Origin: Isurus oxyrinchus
Lineage: Eukaryota
Length of the DNA stretch: 64,000 nucleotides
Direction of reading: 5' to 3'
Assembly (NCBI GenBank): GCA_026770705.1
Contig: JANJGN010000121.1
Span: 1,364,001-1,428,000 of the forward strand
Shown: positions 49,801 through 63,285 of the stretch, in pieces
Numbering within the stretch: the stretch's first letter is position 1
Layout of the letters: each line of letters begins with the position of its first letter
Program-made: the position numbers and the translations under genes
The notes under the pieces: model-generated
What the model was told of the DNA's origin: nothing
Databases searched by the model: none
What the model saw: only the letters and a program-made list of their open reading frames with translations

Positions 49801-52800
49801 AGAAGCAATTAAAATGCCCTGACATTTCTGTACATTTTTATCAAATTAAATACGTTCTCTAGTGAATAATTCCATTCTCCAAGGCACCACTTCCTGTTGT
49901 CACATGCCCTTCTGATTATTTAAATTCCTGTGTCATTGGTAATGGAACATTCCCATGTAAACATGTCACACTGTAATTACAGCCTCCTGCCAGTGGTGGT
50001 GCTCTAGTGTCCTAGTTTTGCTTCTCAGAGACTGGAGGAGATCTATACGTTGTGTTTACAATATGAGTAACACTCAGGGGTGACCAGGGGGATTCTTTCG
50101 GCCAAGTTTATGATGTTGCTAAGATACAATGGCCCCATGGGATTTTTCCTACTGCGTTTACAAGGTTGAATCGAAGAGATTTTTGAAGTGTCTGGCACAG
50201 TTTTATAAAGGTCCCCGCACTGCGTTCAGGTCTGGGGCCTGCAGCTTAGGAATGATATATTGTCCATGGAGAGGATGCTGTACCGATTCACCAGAATGAT
50301 CCCGGGGCTGAAAGGGTTAAATCCCGAGGACAGGTTGCACAGACCAGGCTTGTGTTCCCTCGAGTCTCGAAGATTAAGGGGTGATCTAATCGAGGGGTTT
50401 ATGATGATTAAAGGCTTTGATATGGGCAATAGAGAGAACGCAGCAGCTCATTGAACTTTGTCCAGCGCTGATGGGCTTGTATTGCACTCACCACAGCCGC
50501 TACTTGAACCCAGGCCCTCTTGGTTGCTGCAGGATCATTACGGTGACCAGCCGAATACAGGGCTGCTCTCCTCTTCTGGATCTCTTCCACCAAAACAGGA
50601 AGGTCCTATCAGGAGAGCACGGAGCAGCTGGACCCAGCCATTTCCCAGCGTCCCCGCTGTGTGACATTCTATCAACGGAAAGGTAAGGTGAAAAGGGTCA
50701 CGGTCCATTCAGATTACAAAGCTCCCGTTGACTTTTGTGTGCTTGTCCACACGAACCATTTTCACCGCATCACCAGTGATTACTGGGAAGGTTTGGTGGA
50801 GAGACCGGCTCTGCATGAATGCTCGGTGCCAGGCATGTTGTGGCTGTGACTCTGTGGGAACACGCGGTGCTCCGTCACCACCCACAGCCCTACCAGTTTC
50901 CTCCCTCTGACTCACGCTGTTATGTCGTGACAGTGAGCAGCTGCGAGGGACCTGGGCAAGGGTCAACAGTGTGGGCACCTGCTGATGGACGGGTGGCAAG
51001 GGGGCAAATGGATGTGATAATGAGCATGGCACTGTCCATCATTCGTCCACCCTCTGAGTCTTTGGCAGCTAACCACATGACTGCAGAATATCTGTACCAG
51101 CGAGTGGTGGTGGGACAATGCCAACTCCGAGTCTGTGTCTTGTGAATCCATCTCATGTTTTCACTTAAGCCCACAGAAACCCACAGGAAACCCACAGAGT
51201 GACAGTCACTGGGAAAGACACTCGCTCCTTGTGGCTTCACGTTTTAACCATATCCTGTCTGAGTGTCTCAAATGTTAAACACACCAGCCATATTCAGGGA
51301 GGTTTCACTCTGAGAANNNNNNNNNNNNNNNNNNNNNNNNNNNNNNNNNNNNNNNNNNNNNNNNNNNNNNNNNNNNNNNNNNNNNNNNNNNNNNNNNNNN
51401 NNNNNNNNNNNNNNNNNNNNNNNNNNNNNNNNNNNNNNNNNNNNNNNNNNNNNNNNNNNNNNNNNNNNNNNNNNNNNNNNNNNNNNNNNNNNNNNNNNNN
51501 NNNNNNNNNNNNNNNNNNNNNNNNNNNNNNNNNNNNNNNNNNNNNNNNNNNNNNNNNNNNNNNNNNNNNNNNNNNNNNNNNNNNNNNNNNNNNNNNNNNN
51601 NNNNNNNNNNNNNNNNNNNNNNNNNNNNNNNNNNNNNNNNNNNNNNNNNNNNNNNNNNNNNNNNNNNNNNNNNNNNNNNNNNNNNNNNNNNNNNNNNNNN
51701 NNNNNNNNNNNNNNNNNNNNNNNNNNNNNNNNNNNNNNNNNNNNNNNNNNNNNNTCTAGGTGTGTGTATGTGTGTGTGTGAGAGAGAGATTCTAGTGTAT
51801 GTGTGTGTGTATGTGTTTGTACATGTGTGTGTTTGTGTGTATGAGTGTGTGCCTGTATGTGTGTGTGTTTTTGTGCGTGTGTGTGTGTGTTTCTGGTTGT
51901 GTGTATGTGTGTGTGTGTGTTTGTGTGTTCGTGTGCAGTGTTTGTGTATGTTTATTTGTTGTATTTGTGTGTGTGTGTGTGTGTGTGCAGGTGTGTGTTT
52001 GTGCCTCTCTGTGAGACTGTGTGTATCTGACAGCAGGTCAGGCAGAAATAGTCCAGAATGCGCTGTGGTTTTGTAGCATTGAAACAATGACATGATCTAA
52101 ATGAGTGCTGCACCAAATAAAGACATGGAGTGACCACACCAAAAAACCACGTGACTTCCCCAGTTTCACATCTCCCTCAAACACAGAAAAACTGGGTTAA
52201 CACTGACCCTCCTCCCAGAGCCAGTTCACCTCGTGTCCGATGCAGTCAGGAGAGGAAGATCATCTCTCCTCCGATCCTGCTAAACTGAACATTTCCAGAA
52301 TTAGATCAGCTCCCTGAAGTGTCTCCAGTTAGACATTCATCTGACAGGATTGACTCTACAACCCTGGGGACTCATTCTCCTGTAAGTAAAACACTTGCTG
52401 CTCCTGTCAAATCTCTTCTGTACAGCATGGTCTCTGGATGTCCCAGAACACTTTACAGTTGAATTCACCCTTTTTTCGAAGTGTGGTTACTGTTGTAATG
52501 TAGGAAACGCAGCAGCCAATTAGCGCACAGCAAGCTCCCACAAACAGCAATGTGATCATCTGTTTTTAGTGATGTTGGTTGAGGGATAAATATTGGTGCC
52601 AGGACACCGGGGAGATCTCCCCCCTGCTCTTCCTCCAAATAGTGGCTGTGGGATCTTTCACACCCGCCCGAGAGGGCAGACGGGGGACTCGGTTTAGTGT
52701 CTAATATTGGACTAATCTCCAGGCGAGGTTGGCTGGATGGATTATTGACAAGGTCCATTCACCCTGTAAAGAGTTTCTCTGGTTTGAAATAGCTGATCAA

Positions 52801-53654
52801 ACATCGAGTTCTGTGTCTAAACCTTGTGTTGAAAAGACACCTTTCCAGCTCTTCACCTGCCATTAGCTTGTTGAGTCTTCACACGCTCCGTCTGTCCGTG
52901 ACCAACCCCTCTTAGCTCATCCTTTCCTTGTCGTACATCGAGCTGTTCATCCTGACGGGTTCCATCCTTCCCAGTAACACTCCATCTCCGACATCAAACT
53001 AACTCCCAACACGTTGATGAATTGTATGGATTCCAGCGTCAGTTGGTTCTGTCTGAGGCTGTTTCTCTGATCGGGGACCGAGCTGTTCTGAACGGACATT
53101 GTGTTCAGCAGTTCTTATTGCAGATCAGGCTGTTCAACCAATGCTGCTGTTCACTGAGGTGACTCCGATTCTACATTCACACATTAATGATCTCATGTCC
53201 AGCAGCAAACATCTGAATGAAGCCAGGTTCAAGAAAAAACCCAGCTGCTTGATCCGACAGTTATCTGTTCAGGCATGGCCCCTTGTTCCAAATAACAAAC
53301 ATTATTTAAAAATAGTCATCACATGAGCCTGGTTAACAAGGAAATGAAACCATGAACAATTTGCAGTAAAGTGAAACGTACAGGACTAATCTATTTATAT
53401 TGAGCTGATGATATAGAATGTTACACGAGGCATGTTTCTAATTTCTAACATCATCTAAAATACGGCAGTTCTGACAGTGCCGCACTCCCTCAGAACTAAC
53501 CCTCTGGCTGTGTAGCACTCTCTCAGTACTGACCCTCCGACAATTCAGCCCTCCGTCAGCACTCCCGCATTGTATCCATCTGCGTTTTGAGCTGAAATCT
53601 TGAGCAGGCCTCCAAAACACAATCTTCCGTGTCAGAGAGAGAGAGAGAGAGACA

Positions 53655-53689
<35 letters not shown>

Positions 53690-54511
53690 TGTGTGAGAGA
53701 GAGAGAATGTGAGAAATTGTGTGTGAGACAGTGTGCATGTGAGAGAGTGAGAGTGTGTGTGTATTTGAGAGATGGAGCAACAGTGTGTATGTGAGAGAGT
53801 GTGTGTGAGAGAGAGGGTGTGTTTGAGAGAGAAAGAGAGAGTGTGCATGTTTGATAGAGTGTATGTGTGAGAGAGTGTGTGTGTGAGACAGTGTGTGTTT
53901 GAGAGTGTGTTTGAGAGTGTGTGAGAGAGCGTGTGCTTGAGAGAGAGGGTGTGTTTGAGAGAGAGTGTGTATGTGTTTGAGATAGAGAATGACTGTGCGA
54001 TGGAGTGTGTGTTTGAGAGAGAGAATGTGTGTGTGAGAAAGTGTGTTTGAGAGGGTGTGTGTGAGAGAGAGAGTGCCAGTGCGAGAGAGTGTGTGTTTGT
54101 GAGAGGGAGCGAGAATATGTGTGTGAGAGAGAGAGATAGAGCAGAAGACTGCGATAGAGAGAGATTGTGAGTGTTAGAGAGAGAATGTGTGTGTGTGTGA
54201 GAGAGAGATAGAGCAGAAGAGTGCGATAGATAGAGATTGTGAGGGCTAAACTCACTGAGAGAAAAATCTGGACACCCAGCACAGGGAGTGAGGGAACAAT
54301 GAATTTTTGCCGTGTTTGGTGAATCGGTTTGCGATGTCCCTTCTCAATCTCTCCTTCCTTGTCTTGACATTAGTTTATTCTCTGGGGCTGTTTAACTCCC
54401 TGAAAGGTGCCATTTAAACACAAGTTGTTGTTGTTTGAGGAAGAAACGCTGGGGACAATTTCTGAAAAAGTCTCTGTCTTTATCATTTTCCATTTAGATG
54501 AGGAACTGAAG

Positions 54512-54557
54512 ATGGGAGAGGTCGGTCTGATATTGATCTTCATCAGCTTGCTGCAAG
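54512..54557 (+). CDS. Gene 3 signal peptide exon
   Basis: Same peptide as 29135-29180. Confidence 0.85.
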
Positions 54558-57500
54558 GTACAAATTCATTACTGATCGGAACTCAGGGAATTGGATTCTT
54601 TCCTGGAGTGAGGAAGTGAACATTTAATTTTAGAGAACAGGGTTAGTGATCACACAGAGAGTGAGTGAATAGCGAGTCAGAGAATTTAGCAAAAGCAAAA
54701 GCCTCATACGGACTCGAAATGTCAACTCTGTTTCTGTCTCCACAGATGCTGTCAGACCTGCTGAGTTTTTCCAGCATTTTCTGTTTGTGCATCAGAGAGC
54801 TTGTTTCAATAGGAATGACAGTGCATTTATATAGCACCTTTAATGCAGTAAAACATCCTTATTGCTTCACAGGATTCCCCCACAAGGGGAAACATCCCCT
54901 CAGCATCCACCCTGTCAAACCCCCCACCACCTCAGAATCTTATATGTTTCAATAAGATCACCTCTCATTCTTCTAAACTCCAATGGATACAGGGCCCAAC
55001 CTGCTCAACATTTCCTCATAAGACAAACCCCCTTCATCCCAGGAATCAGCCCAGTGAACCTCCTCTGAGCTGCCTCCAATGCAGAGTCTATCCCTCCCTA
55101 AGTAAGGAGACCAGAACTGTACACACTGCTCCTGATACAATCTCACCAACGCCCTGTACAGTTGTAGCAAGACTCCCCTCCTTTTATACTTCATCCCTTT
55201 GCAATAAAGGCCAATATTCCACTTGCCTTCCTCATTCTGTGCTGTTCCTGAATGCTGACTTTCTGTGATTCATGTACAAGGACACCCAGATCCCTCTGTG
55301 TCGCATTCTGTAGACTCTCTCCATTGAAGTAATATTCTGCTTTTTGATGTCCTGTCCCCTCCCTTGTTGCCTTTCAGGAGTGACGTCAGAGGGATGGTCT
55401 ATGAAGGCGCTGTCTCGGAGGGCCATCAGCAGATCTTGTGTGGTTATTCCGTGTAGCTTTGACTTTCCTTCCCACTCTTACACAGCACTGCACGGAGCTT
55501 GGTATAAATATTGGTATAGATGGAAATATACCGTCACATACACCAAAGATCCCAATTATGCGATGGCCACATTCGTGGGACGTGCTAAAATAATCGGCGA
55601 CTTGGAAGGGAAGAATTGTTCGGTGAGGATTGACAGTCTCAGAGCTGAAGACAGTGATGTGTATTACTTTTACGTGGATATGGAGGGCTACACAGATCAC
55701 ACTTTTACACAACCAGTCCAACTCCAGGTTCTTGGTAAGTCCCAGTTCCTTTCACACTCAGTCTCTCAGCACAAGGGGGTCATGTTCTCATCTCAGAGCC
55801 AGGCAGTCATGGGTTCAATTCCTGCTCCAGGAGATGTCAGTACAAAGTCCAGGATGTGATCAGGCGCAGTACTGAGGGAGTACTGCACTGTCAGGGTCAG
55901 TAATGAAGGAGTGCACTGTCAGAGGATCAGTACTGAGAGAGTGCTGCACTGTCAGAAGGTCAGTACTGAAGGATTGCTGCACTGTCACAGGGTTAGTACT
56001 GAGAGAGTGCCGCACTGTCGGAGGGTCAGTAGTGAGGGAGTGCTGCACTGTTGGAGGGTCAGTACTGAGGGAGTGCTGCACTGTCACAAGGTCTGTAGTG
56101 AGAGAGTGCTGCGCTGTCGGAGGGTCAGTACTGAGGAAATGCTGGACTGTCAGAGGGTCAGTACTGAGGGAGTGTTGCACTGTTGGAGGGTCAGGGCTGA
56201 GGGATTGCTGCACTGTCAGAGGGTCATTACTGATGGGGTGCTGCACTGTTGGAGGGTCAGTACTGAGGGAGTGCTGCAGTGTCGGAGTGTCAGTACTGAG
56301 GGAGTGCTGCACATTTGGAGGATCAGTACTGAGGGAGTGCTGCAGCGTTGGAGGGGTCAGTGCTGAGTGACTGCTGCACAGACTGAAGATCATTACTTGT
56401 GTCAAAAAGTTTTAGTTTAATTTTTGTTACAACTTATGCAGCAACTGCACCACATCCCCATGTGTTAACTGGAGCATGTCAGCCTGGAGTTACATGGAAT
56501 TCCAGAGCAGAATCTGCTATCATAGATTGAAGCTGGCATCACTAAGTGTCCCTCAGTGATGATCTTTTCTGATGGAATGAAACTTGGAAAAGCAGTGGGT
56601 AGTGATAAGGAGAGATTGGGCACGAGAGGGGCAGGATCAGGGTGAGGTGGGCAGACACATGGCTGATGCAGTTCAGCGCAGTGATATGTGAAGTGACGCA
56701 CTTTGTCAGGATGAATACAGAAAGTTATTGGACACGAACAATTTGGACAAGTGTTGGACAATAGAGACCTGGGCGTCTCTCTGCACACATCCTGAAAGAT
56801 TAAAGGGCAACTTGTTGAGGGGATTAAGAAAGCAAATATTTTCCTTGTGTTTATAGACTGAGGAACCGAGTTAAAAGCAAAGAGATCATGCTGGAACTTT
56901 ATAAATCACTGGTTAGAACTCAGCTAGAATATTGTTCAGAACCCTGGGCCCCCACACTTCAGGAAAGATGTAAGAGCTTTAGAAAGGGAGCCCAGGAGGA
57001 CAGAACAGTAAAAACTGGGACATAAGAGTACCGCTCCAAACTGGTCTTGTATAGCTTAACATATAACACCAGTAAAACTGGGAAATAAGAGTCCTGGTCT
57101 GAACTGTTTTTTTGCTTCTGGGTGAGGAGGAGATTAAGCAGAATGGGTCCAGGGATGAGGGATTTTAGCTAGAAGGTTGGGTTGGAGAAGCTGGGGTTGT
57201 TCTCCTTGGAGCAAAGGAGATTGAGGGGGGGGGATCTGATCGAGGTGTACAAGATGATGACGGGTTTAGATCAGGTCGACAAAGAGAAGTTCTTGCCATT
57301 AGCTGATCATACAAGGACTGGGGGACACAGATTGAAGGTTTTGGGCAGTGGGGAATGTGAGGAAGAACTTTTTTACACAGCGAGTGGTAATGAGCTGGAA
57401 CTCGCTGCTATGAGGATGGTGGAAGTGGAGACAATGGGCGATTTCAAAATGAAATTGGATGGACACTTGAGGGAAATAAATTTGCAGGGATAGAGGAGGA

Positions 57501-60500
57501 GGAATGGGACTGATTGGATTGCTCTGCAGAGAGACAGCATGGACTCGATGGGCTGAATGGCCTCCTTCTGTGTTCTGAGTGTCTGTGACCCTATTGAAAA
57601 ATCATAGCACAAATCAAATCTCTCTTCTACTTGTCTGTTAACATCTGGAACTTTCTATTACAGATGTTCCAGATAAGCCAGTTATTGTGCTCCTGAAGGA
57701 TTTACAGGAGGGGACTCCTGCACATATCATCTGTAAATGCCTCTACACCTGCCCTGATAACCACCCCAATCTAACCTGGAGTGAATTGCTGACTTCCTCG
57801 GTCAGCAACATCACAGAGAACGGTGGCGTGGTTTCCGCTCTACTGACCTTTAACCCTTCGTTCAAGCATCATGGACGAACTCTCCGCTGTACCTGTGACT
57901 ACCCTCAAACCAGCCATCGAGTGGTCAACTCAGTTACTCTGAGTGTAAAGTGTAAGTATTGGTTAGAACATCCTGCTTGTGATGGAGAGGGAGTCGGTCT
58001 CCTATTAAATGAGGCATTGGAGAAGGTGCAAGTGGTATTGACAAGGACGATCCCAGAACTGAGAGGTTATAACTAACAGGAAAGACTGAACAAGCTGGGA
58101 TTCTTTCCTCTAGAAAAGAGAAGGCTGAGGGGGTGACCTGACTGAGGTCTTTAAAATGATGAAAGTGTTTCGATAGGGTAGATGTAGAGAAGATGTTTCC
58201 ACTTGTCGGAGTGAGGCCAGAACTAGGATCCATCGATATAAGATAATCACTAATAAACCAAAGGGGAATTCAGGAGAAACTTCTTTACCCAGAGAGTGGT
58301 GAGAATGTGGAACTCGCTCCCACAGCGAGTGGTCGAGGTGAATAGTATCGATGTATTTAAGGGGTGAGTTGGATAAACATATGAGGGCGAAAGCAAGAAA
58401 AGGTTATGGGGATGGGGTGAGATATCCACTCATAGACTCGCTGTAATTCTGTGTAACATCATCTGCTGGTGAGGAACACAGTGCAGTTTGTACAGGTGCT
58501 AGTGTTGGAGCTGTATCCAGTCCATAATTCAAAACAACCCTATCCCAATCTGAATGTTAAACCTCATCAGTTCACTCTTATTTTCATTCTTTTTTGGGAT
58601 GTGGCCATTACTGGCTGGGCCCAACATGATAAATGATAAACCGAATCCTAATTGTCCCTTAGGAAGGTGGTGGTGAGCTAACTTCTTGGACTGCTGCAGA
58701 GCAAGTAGTGAAGGTGCACCAAAAGTGCTTCCTGGAGAGCGTTCTAGGATTTTGACCTGGCAACAATGAAGTAACAGTGAAACTGTTCCAAGTCAGGCTG
58801 CTGTGTGGCTTGGAGGGGAACGTGCAGGTGGTGATGTTCCCATGTATCTGCTGCCCTTGTCCTTCAAGGTTTCAGAGATCATGAGTTTGGAAGGTGCTGT
58901 TCAAGGAGCCTTGCTGAGTTGCTGCAGTGCATCTTGTAGATGGTACACACACTGCTGCCACTGTGCTTTCATGGAGGAGGGAGTGAATATTGAAGATGTT
59001 GGGTGAGATGCCATTCAAGTGGGCTGCTTTGTCCTGGATGGTGTTGAGCTTCTTGAGTGTTGTTGGAGCCACACTCATCTAGGCAAGTGGAGAGTGTTCC
59101 ATCACACTCCTGACTTATCTTGTGTTTAATGTGTTGATAATTTTGTATTTGAAAGATTCTCCTCGCAAGACATCTGTCAGGATGACACTGGAAAAAGGAA
59201 AGATGATTTCTCTAAGTTGTTCCAGTGATGGGAATCCAGCAGTCCACAATTTCACCTGGTTTAAGATCTCCCAAGGCAAGGTGACAAATCTGGAGCTTGC
59301 TGGTCAAACTATTACAGTTCCTTACGGATTTGAAGAGGAAATCTCCTACTACTGTGAAGCAACAAGTATTCTGGGCAGTTCCCAGTCTCTGCCCATTAGA
59401 ATTCCCACTGAATGTGAGTAATTTTTTTATTCATTCATGGGATGGAGGTGTCACTGGCTAGACCAACATTTATTGCCCATCCCAAATTACCCTGGAACAG
59501 AGTGGCTTGCTGGGCCATTTCAGAAGTCATTGAAGAGTCAACCACATTGCTGTGGGTCTGGAGTCATATGTAGGCCAGACCAGGTAAGGACGGCAGATTT
59601 CCCTCCCTAAAGGACATTAGTGACCCAGATGGGGTTTTAACGACAATCGGCAATGTTTTCATGGTCATCATTAGACTTTCAATTCCAGATTCTAATTGAA
59701 TTGGTTGGCAAGTGGACATTTGACCACTTTGGCCACAATTGGTCCACAATTGTCTGTTTACCTGTCAATCAGCACCCTCTACTCATGCAGTATCAATTGT
59801 TGTTCCCTTTGAGATTTGGCATTCTTGCAATTCTGCCCTGATGTGTGAAAGATGAAAAGCTTTGACAGAATGTCTCCTTTCACACCAATGCTCAGGTTCT
59901 GTGCTGCCAAGTGACTGTAAACATCGTCTTCTGTAAATCAGAATCCTGAATACTCTCTTAAATGACTAACACATCATTCCTGGTACATGAATCGTAGAAA
60001 GTTAGTATGCAGGTGCAGCAAGGTGTTAGGAAGGCAAACCTGGAATGTTGGTGTTTATTGCAGAGCTTGAGTGTAAAAGTAGGGACGTATCATATTCTAC
60101 AACCGTACAGGCTCTTGGTGAGATTGCATCAAAAATACTGTGTACAGTCTTGGCTTCTGACATAGAAAAGATGGGCCAAATGTGCAGCTGAAGGCTACCT
60201 GTAATACTGTGTAACATTTTCTGCTGGTGAGGAATACAGTGCAGTTTGTACTTCTGCTAGTGTTGGAGCTGTATCCAATCCATGATTATATAAAGAGACT
60301 ATTCAAATCTAGACTTTAAACCTCATGAGTTTGCCCATATTTAATTCATTCACAGGATGTGGGAGCTGCTGATATGGGCAACATTTATTGCCCATCCCTA
60401 ATTACCCTTTGTCCTGAACTGCTGCAGTCCATGTGCTGAACGTATACCCACAGTACTGATAGGGAGGGAGTTCCAGGATTTTGACCCAGCAATAGTGAAG

Positions 60501-62830
60501 GAATTGCGATAGATTTCCAAGTCAAGATGGTGAGTGGCATGGTGGGGAACTTGCAGGTGGCGTTGTTCACATTTTTCTCCTGCCCTTGTTCTCCTAGGTG
60601 TTAGGGTTTGGAAGTTGCTGTTAAAGGAGCCTTGGTAAGCAGTTGTAGTGCATCTTGTAGATGGTACACACTGCTGCCACTGTGCATTCATGGTGGAGGG
60701 AGTGAATGTTGAAAATGATGGGTGGGATGCCGCACAAGCGGGCTGCTTTGTCCTGGATGGTGTCGAGTTTCTTGAGTGTTGTTGGAGCCACACTCATCCA
60801 AGCAAGTGGAGAATATTCCATCACACTCCTGACTTTAGCTCAGTGGTTAATGTGTTGATAATTTTGTATTTGAAAGATTCTCCTCACAATACGTCTGTCA
60901 GAATGACACTGGAAAAAGGAAAGGTGATTTCTCTAAGTTGTTCCAGTGACGGGAATCCAACAGTCCACAATTTCACCTGGTTTAAGATCTCCCAAGGCAA
61001 GGTGACAAACCTGGATCTCGCTGGTCAAACTATTACAGTTCCTTATGGATTTGATGAGGAAATCTCCTACTACTGTGAAGCAACAAGTATCCTGGGCAGT
61101 TCCCAGTCTCTGTCCATTAGAATTCCCACTGAATGTGAGTACTTTTTTTATTCGTTCATGGGATGAAGATCTCACTGGCTAGACCAACATTTATTGCCCA
61201 TCCCAAATTACCCTTGAACTGAGTGGCTTGCTGGGCCATTTCAGAGGTCATTGAAGAGTCAACTACATCTCTGTGGGTCTGGAGTCACATGTAGGCCAGA
61301 CCAGGTAAGGATGGCAGATTTCCCTCCCTGAAGGACATTAGTGACCGAAATGGGTTTTTAACGACAATTGGCAATGATTTCAAGGTCATTGTAAGACTTT
61401 CAATTCCAGATTCTAATTGAATTGGTAGGCAAGTGGACATTTGACCACTTTGGCCACAATTTGTCCATAATTATCTGCTTGCCAGCCAATCAGCACATTC
61501 TCCTCATGCAGTATAAATTGTTGTTCCATTTGAGATTTGGTATTCTTGCAATTCTGTCCTGATGAGTGGAAGATGAAAAGCTTTGACAGAATGTCTCCTT
61601 TCTCACCATTGCTATGGTTTTCTTCTGCCAAGTGACAATAAATATTGTCTTCTGTAAATCAGAATCCTGAAAACCTTCTTAAATTACTGACACAACGTCC
61701 CTGGTGCAGCAAGTGCTTAGGAAGACAAATGAAACATCGGTGTTTATTGCAAGGGAGCTTGGCTGTAAAAGTAGGGATGTATACAATACTGCAACTGTAC
61801 AGGCTCTTGGTGAGACTGCATCAGCAGTACTGTGTACAGTCTTGGCTTCTGACATAGAAAAGATGGGCCGAGGGTGCAGCTGAAAGCTACCTGTAATTCA
61901 GTGTAACATAATCTGCTGGTGAGGAATATAGGGCAGTTTGTACATCTGCTAATGTTGGAGCTTTATCCAGTCCACGATTATATAGAGTCTATTCATATTT
62001 AGATTTTGAATCTCATGCGCTTGCTCATATTTAATTCATTCACAGGATGCAGGCGTTGCTGATCTCGGCAACATTTAGTGCCCGTCCCTAATTACCCATT
62101 GAGCCGTTGTCTTGAACGGCTGCAGACCATGTGCTGTAGGTACACAGACACTGCTTTTAGGGAGGGAGTTCCAGGATTTTGACACAGCAACAGTGAAGGA
62201 ATGGCAATAGATTTCCAAGTCAGGATGGTGAGTGACTTGGAGTGGATCTTGCAGGTGGCGTTGCTCCCTTCTTATTGCTGTCCTTGTCCTTCTAGATGTT
62301 AGGGTTTAGAAGGTGCTGTTCAAGGAGCCTTGGTGAGCTGTTGCAGTGCATCTTGTAGATGGTACACACTGCTGCCACTGTGCACTCACAGTGGAGGGAG
62401 TGAATGTTGAAGATGATGGGTGGGATGCCGCTCAAGTGGGCTGCTTTGTCCTGGATGGTGTTGAGCTTCTTGAGTGTTGTTGGAGCTGCACTCATCCAGG
62501 CAAATGAAGAGTATTCCATCACACTCCTGACGAGCTCAGTGATTAATGTGTTGATAATTTTGTATTTGAAAGATTCTCCTCACAACACGTCTGTCAGGAT
62601 GACACTGGAAAAAGGAAAGGTGATATCTCTAAGTTGTTCCAGTGACGGGAATCCTGCAGTCCACAATTTCACCTGGTTTAAAATCTCCCAAGGAAAGGTG
62701 ATGAATCTGGCGCTCGCTGGTCAAACTATTACAGTTCCTTATGGATTCGAAGAGGAAATCTCCTACTACTGTGAAGCAACAAGTATCCTTGGCAGTTCCC
62801 AATCTCTGCCCATTAGAATTCCCACAGGAT
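54512..62830 (+). CDS. Gene 3 (3'-partial): recent paralog of gene 2, Siglec/CD22-like
   Basis: Exons 54512-54557, 55378-55734, 57664-57951, 59156-59413, 60877-61134, 62573-62830; the repeat unit continues to the window end. Confidence 0.87.
55378..55734 (+). CDS. Gene 3 V-set exon
   Basis: 357 nt; 6 aa differences from gene 2. Confidence 0.92.
57664..57951 (+). CDS. Gene 3 domain 2 exon
   Basis: 288 nt; 3 aa differences from gene 2. Confidence 0.9.
59156..59413 (+). CDS. Gene 3 Ig C2 exon B1
   Basis: 258 nt, open frame. Confidence 0.88.
59830..59871 (+). ncRNA. Hammerhead motif copy 6 (core mutant CTGATGT)
   Basis: A9 to T and a stem I mismatch. Confidence 0.5.
60877..61134 (+). CDS. Gene 3 Ig C2 exon B2
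   Basis: 258 nt, open frame. Confidence 0.88.
61551..61592 (+). ncRNA. Hammerhead motif copy 7
   Basis: Core and stems intact; loop II variant. Confidence 0.68.
62573..62830 (+). CDS. Gene 3 Ig C2 exon B3
   Basis: 258 nt, open frame. Confidence 0.88.
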
Positions 62831-63243
62831 GTGAGTATATTTTTTATTCTTCATGGGATGGAGATGACACTGGCTAGACCAACATTTATTGACCATTCCA
62901 AATTACCCTTGAACTGAATGGCTTACTGGCCATTTCAGAGGGTATTCATGAGTCAACCACGTTGCTGTGAGTCTGGAGTCACATGTAGGCCAGACCAGGT
63001 AAGAACGGCAGATTTCCCTCCCTAAAGGACATTAGTGACCCAGACGGGGTTTTAATGACAATCGGTAATGTTTTCATGGTCTTCGTTAGACTTTCAATTC
63101 CAGATTCTCATTGAATTGGTTGGCAAGTGGACATTTGACACTTGGGCCACAATTTGTCCACAATTATCTGCTTGCCAGCCAATCAGCACACTCTTCTCAT
63201 GCAGTATAAATTGTTGTTCCTTTTGAGATTTGGTATTCTTGCA

Positions 63244-63285
63244 ATTCTGTCCTGATGAGTGAAAGATGAAAACCTTTTACAGAAT
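63244..63285 (+). ncRNA. Hammerhead motif copy 8 (stem III palindrome and stem I mutated)
   Basis: GAAAaccttttacagaat. Confidence 0.5.

Noticed and set aside
30001-55734. Positive selection on the V domain between genes 2 and 3
   Set aside because: I count 6 nonsynonymous and 2 synonymous differences, close to the neutral ratio and too few to test.
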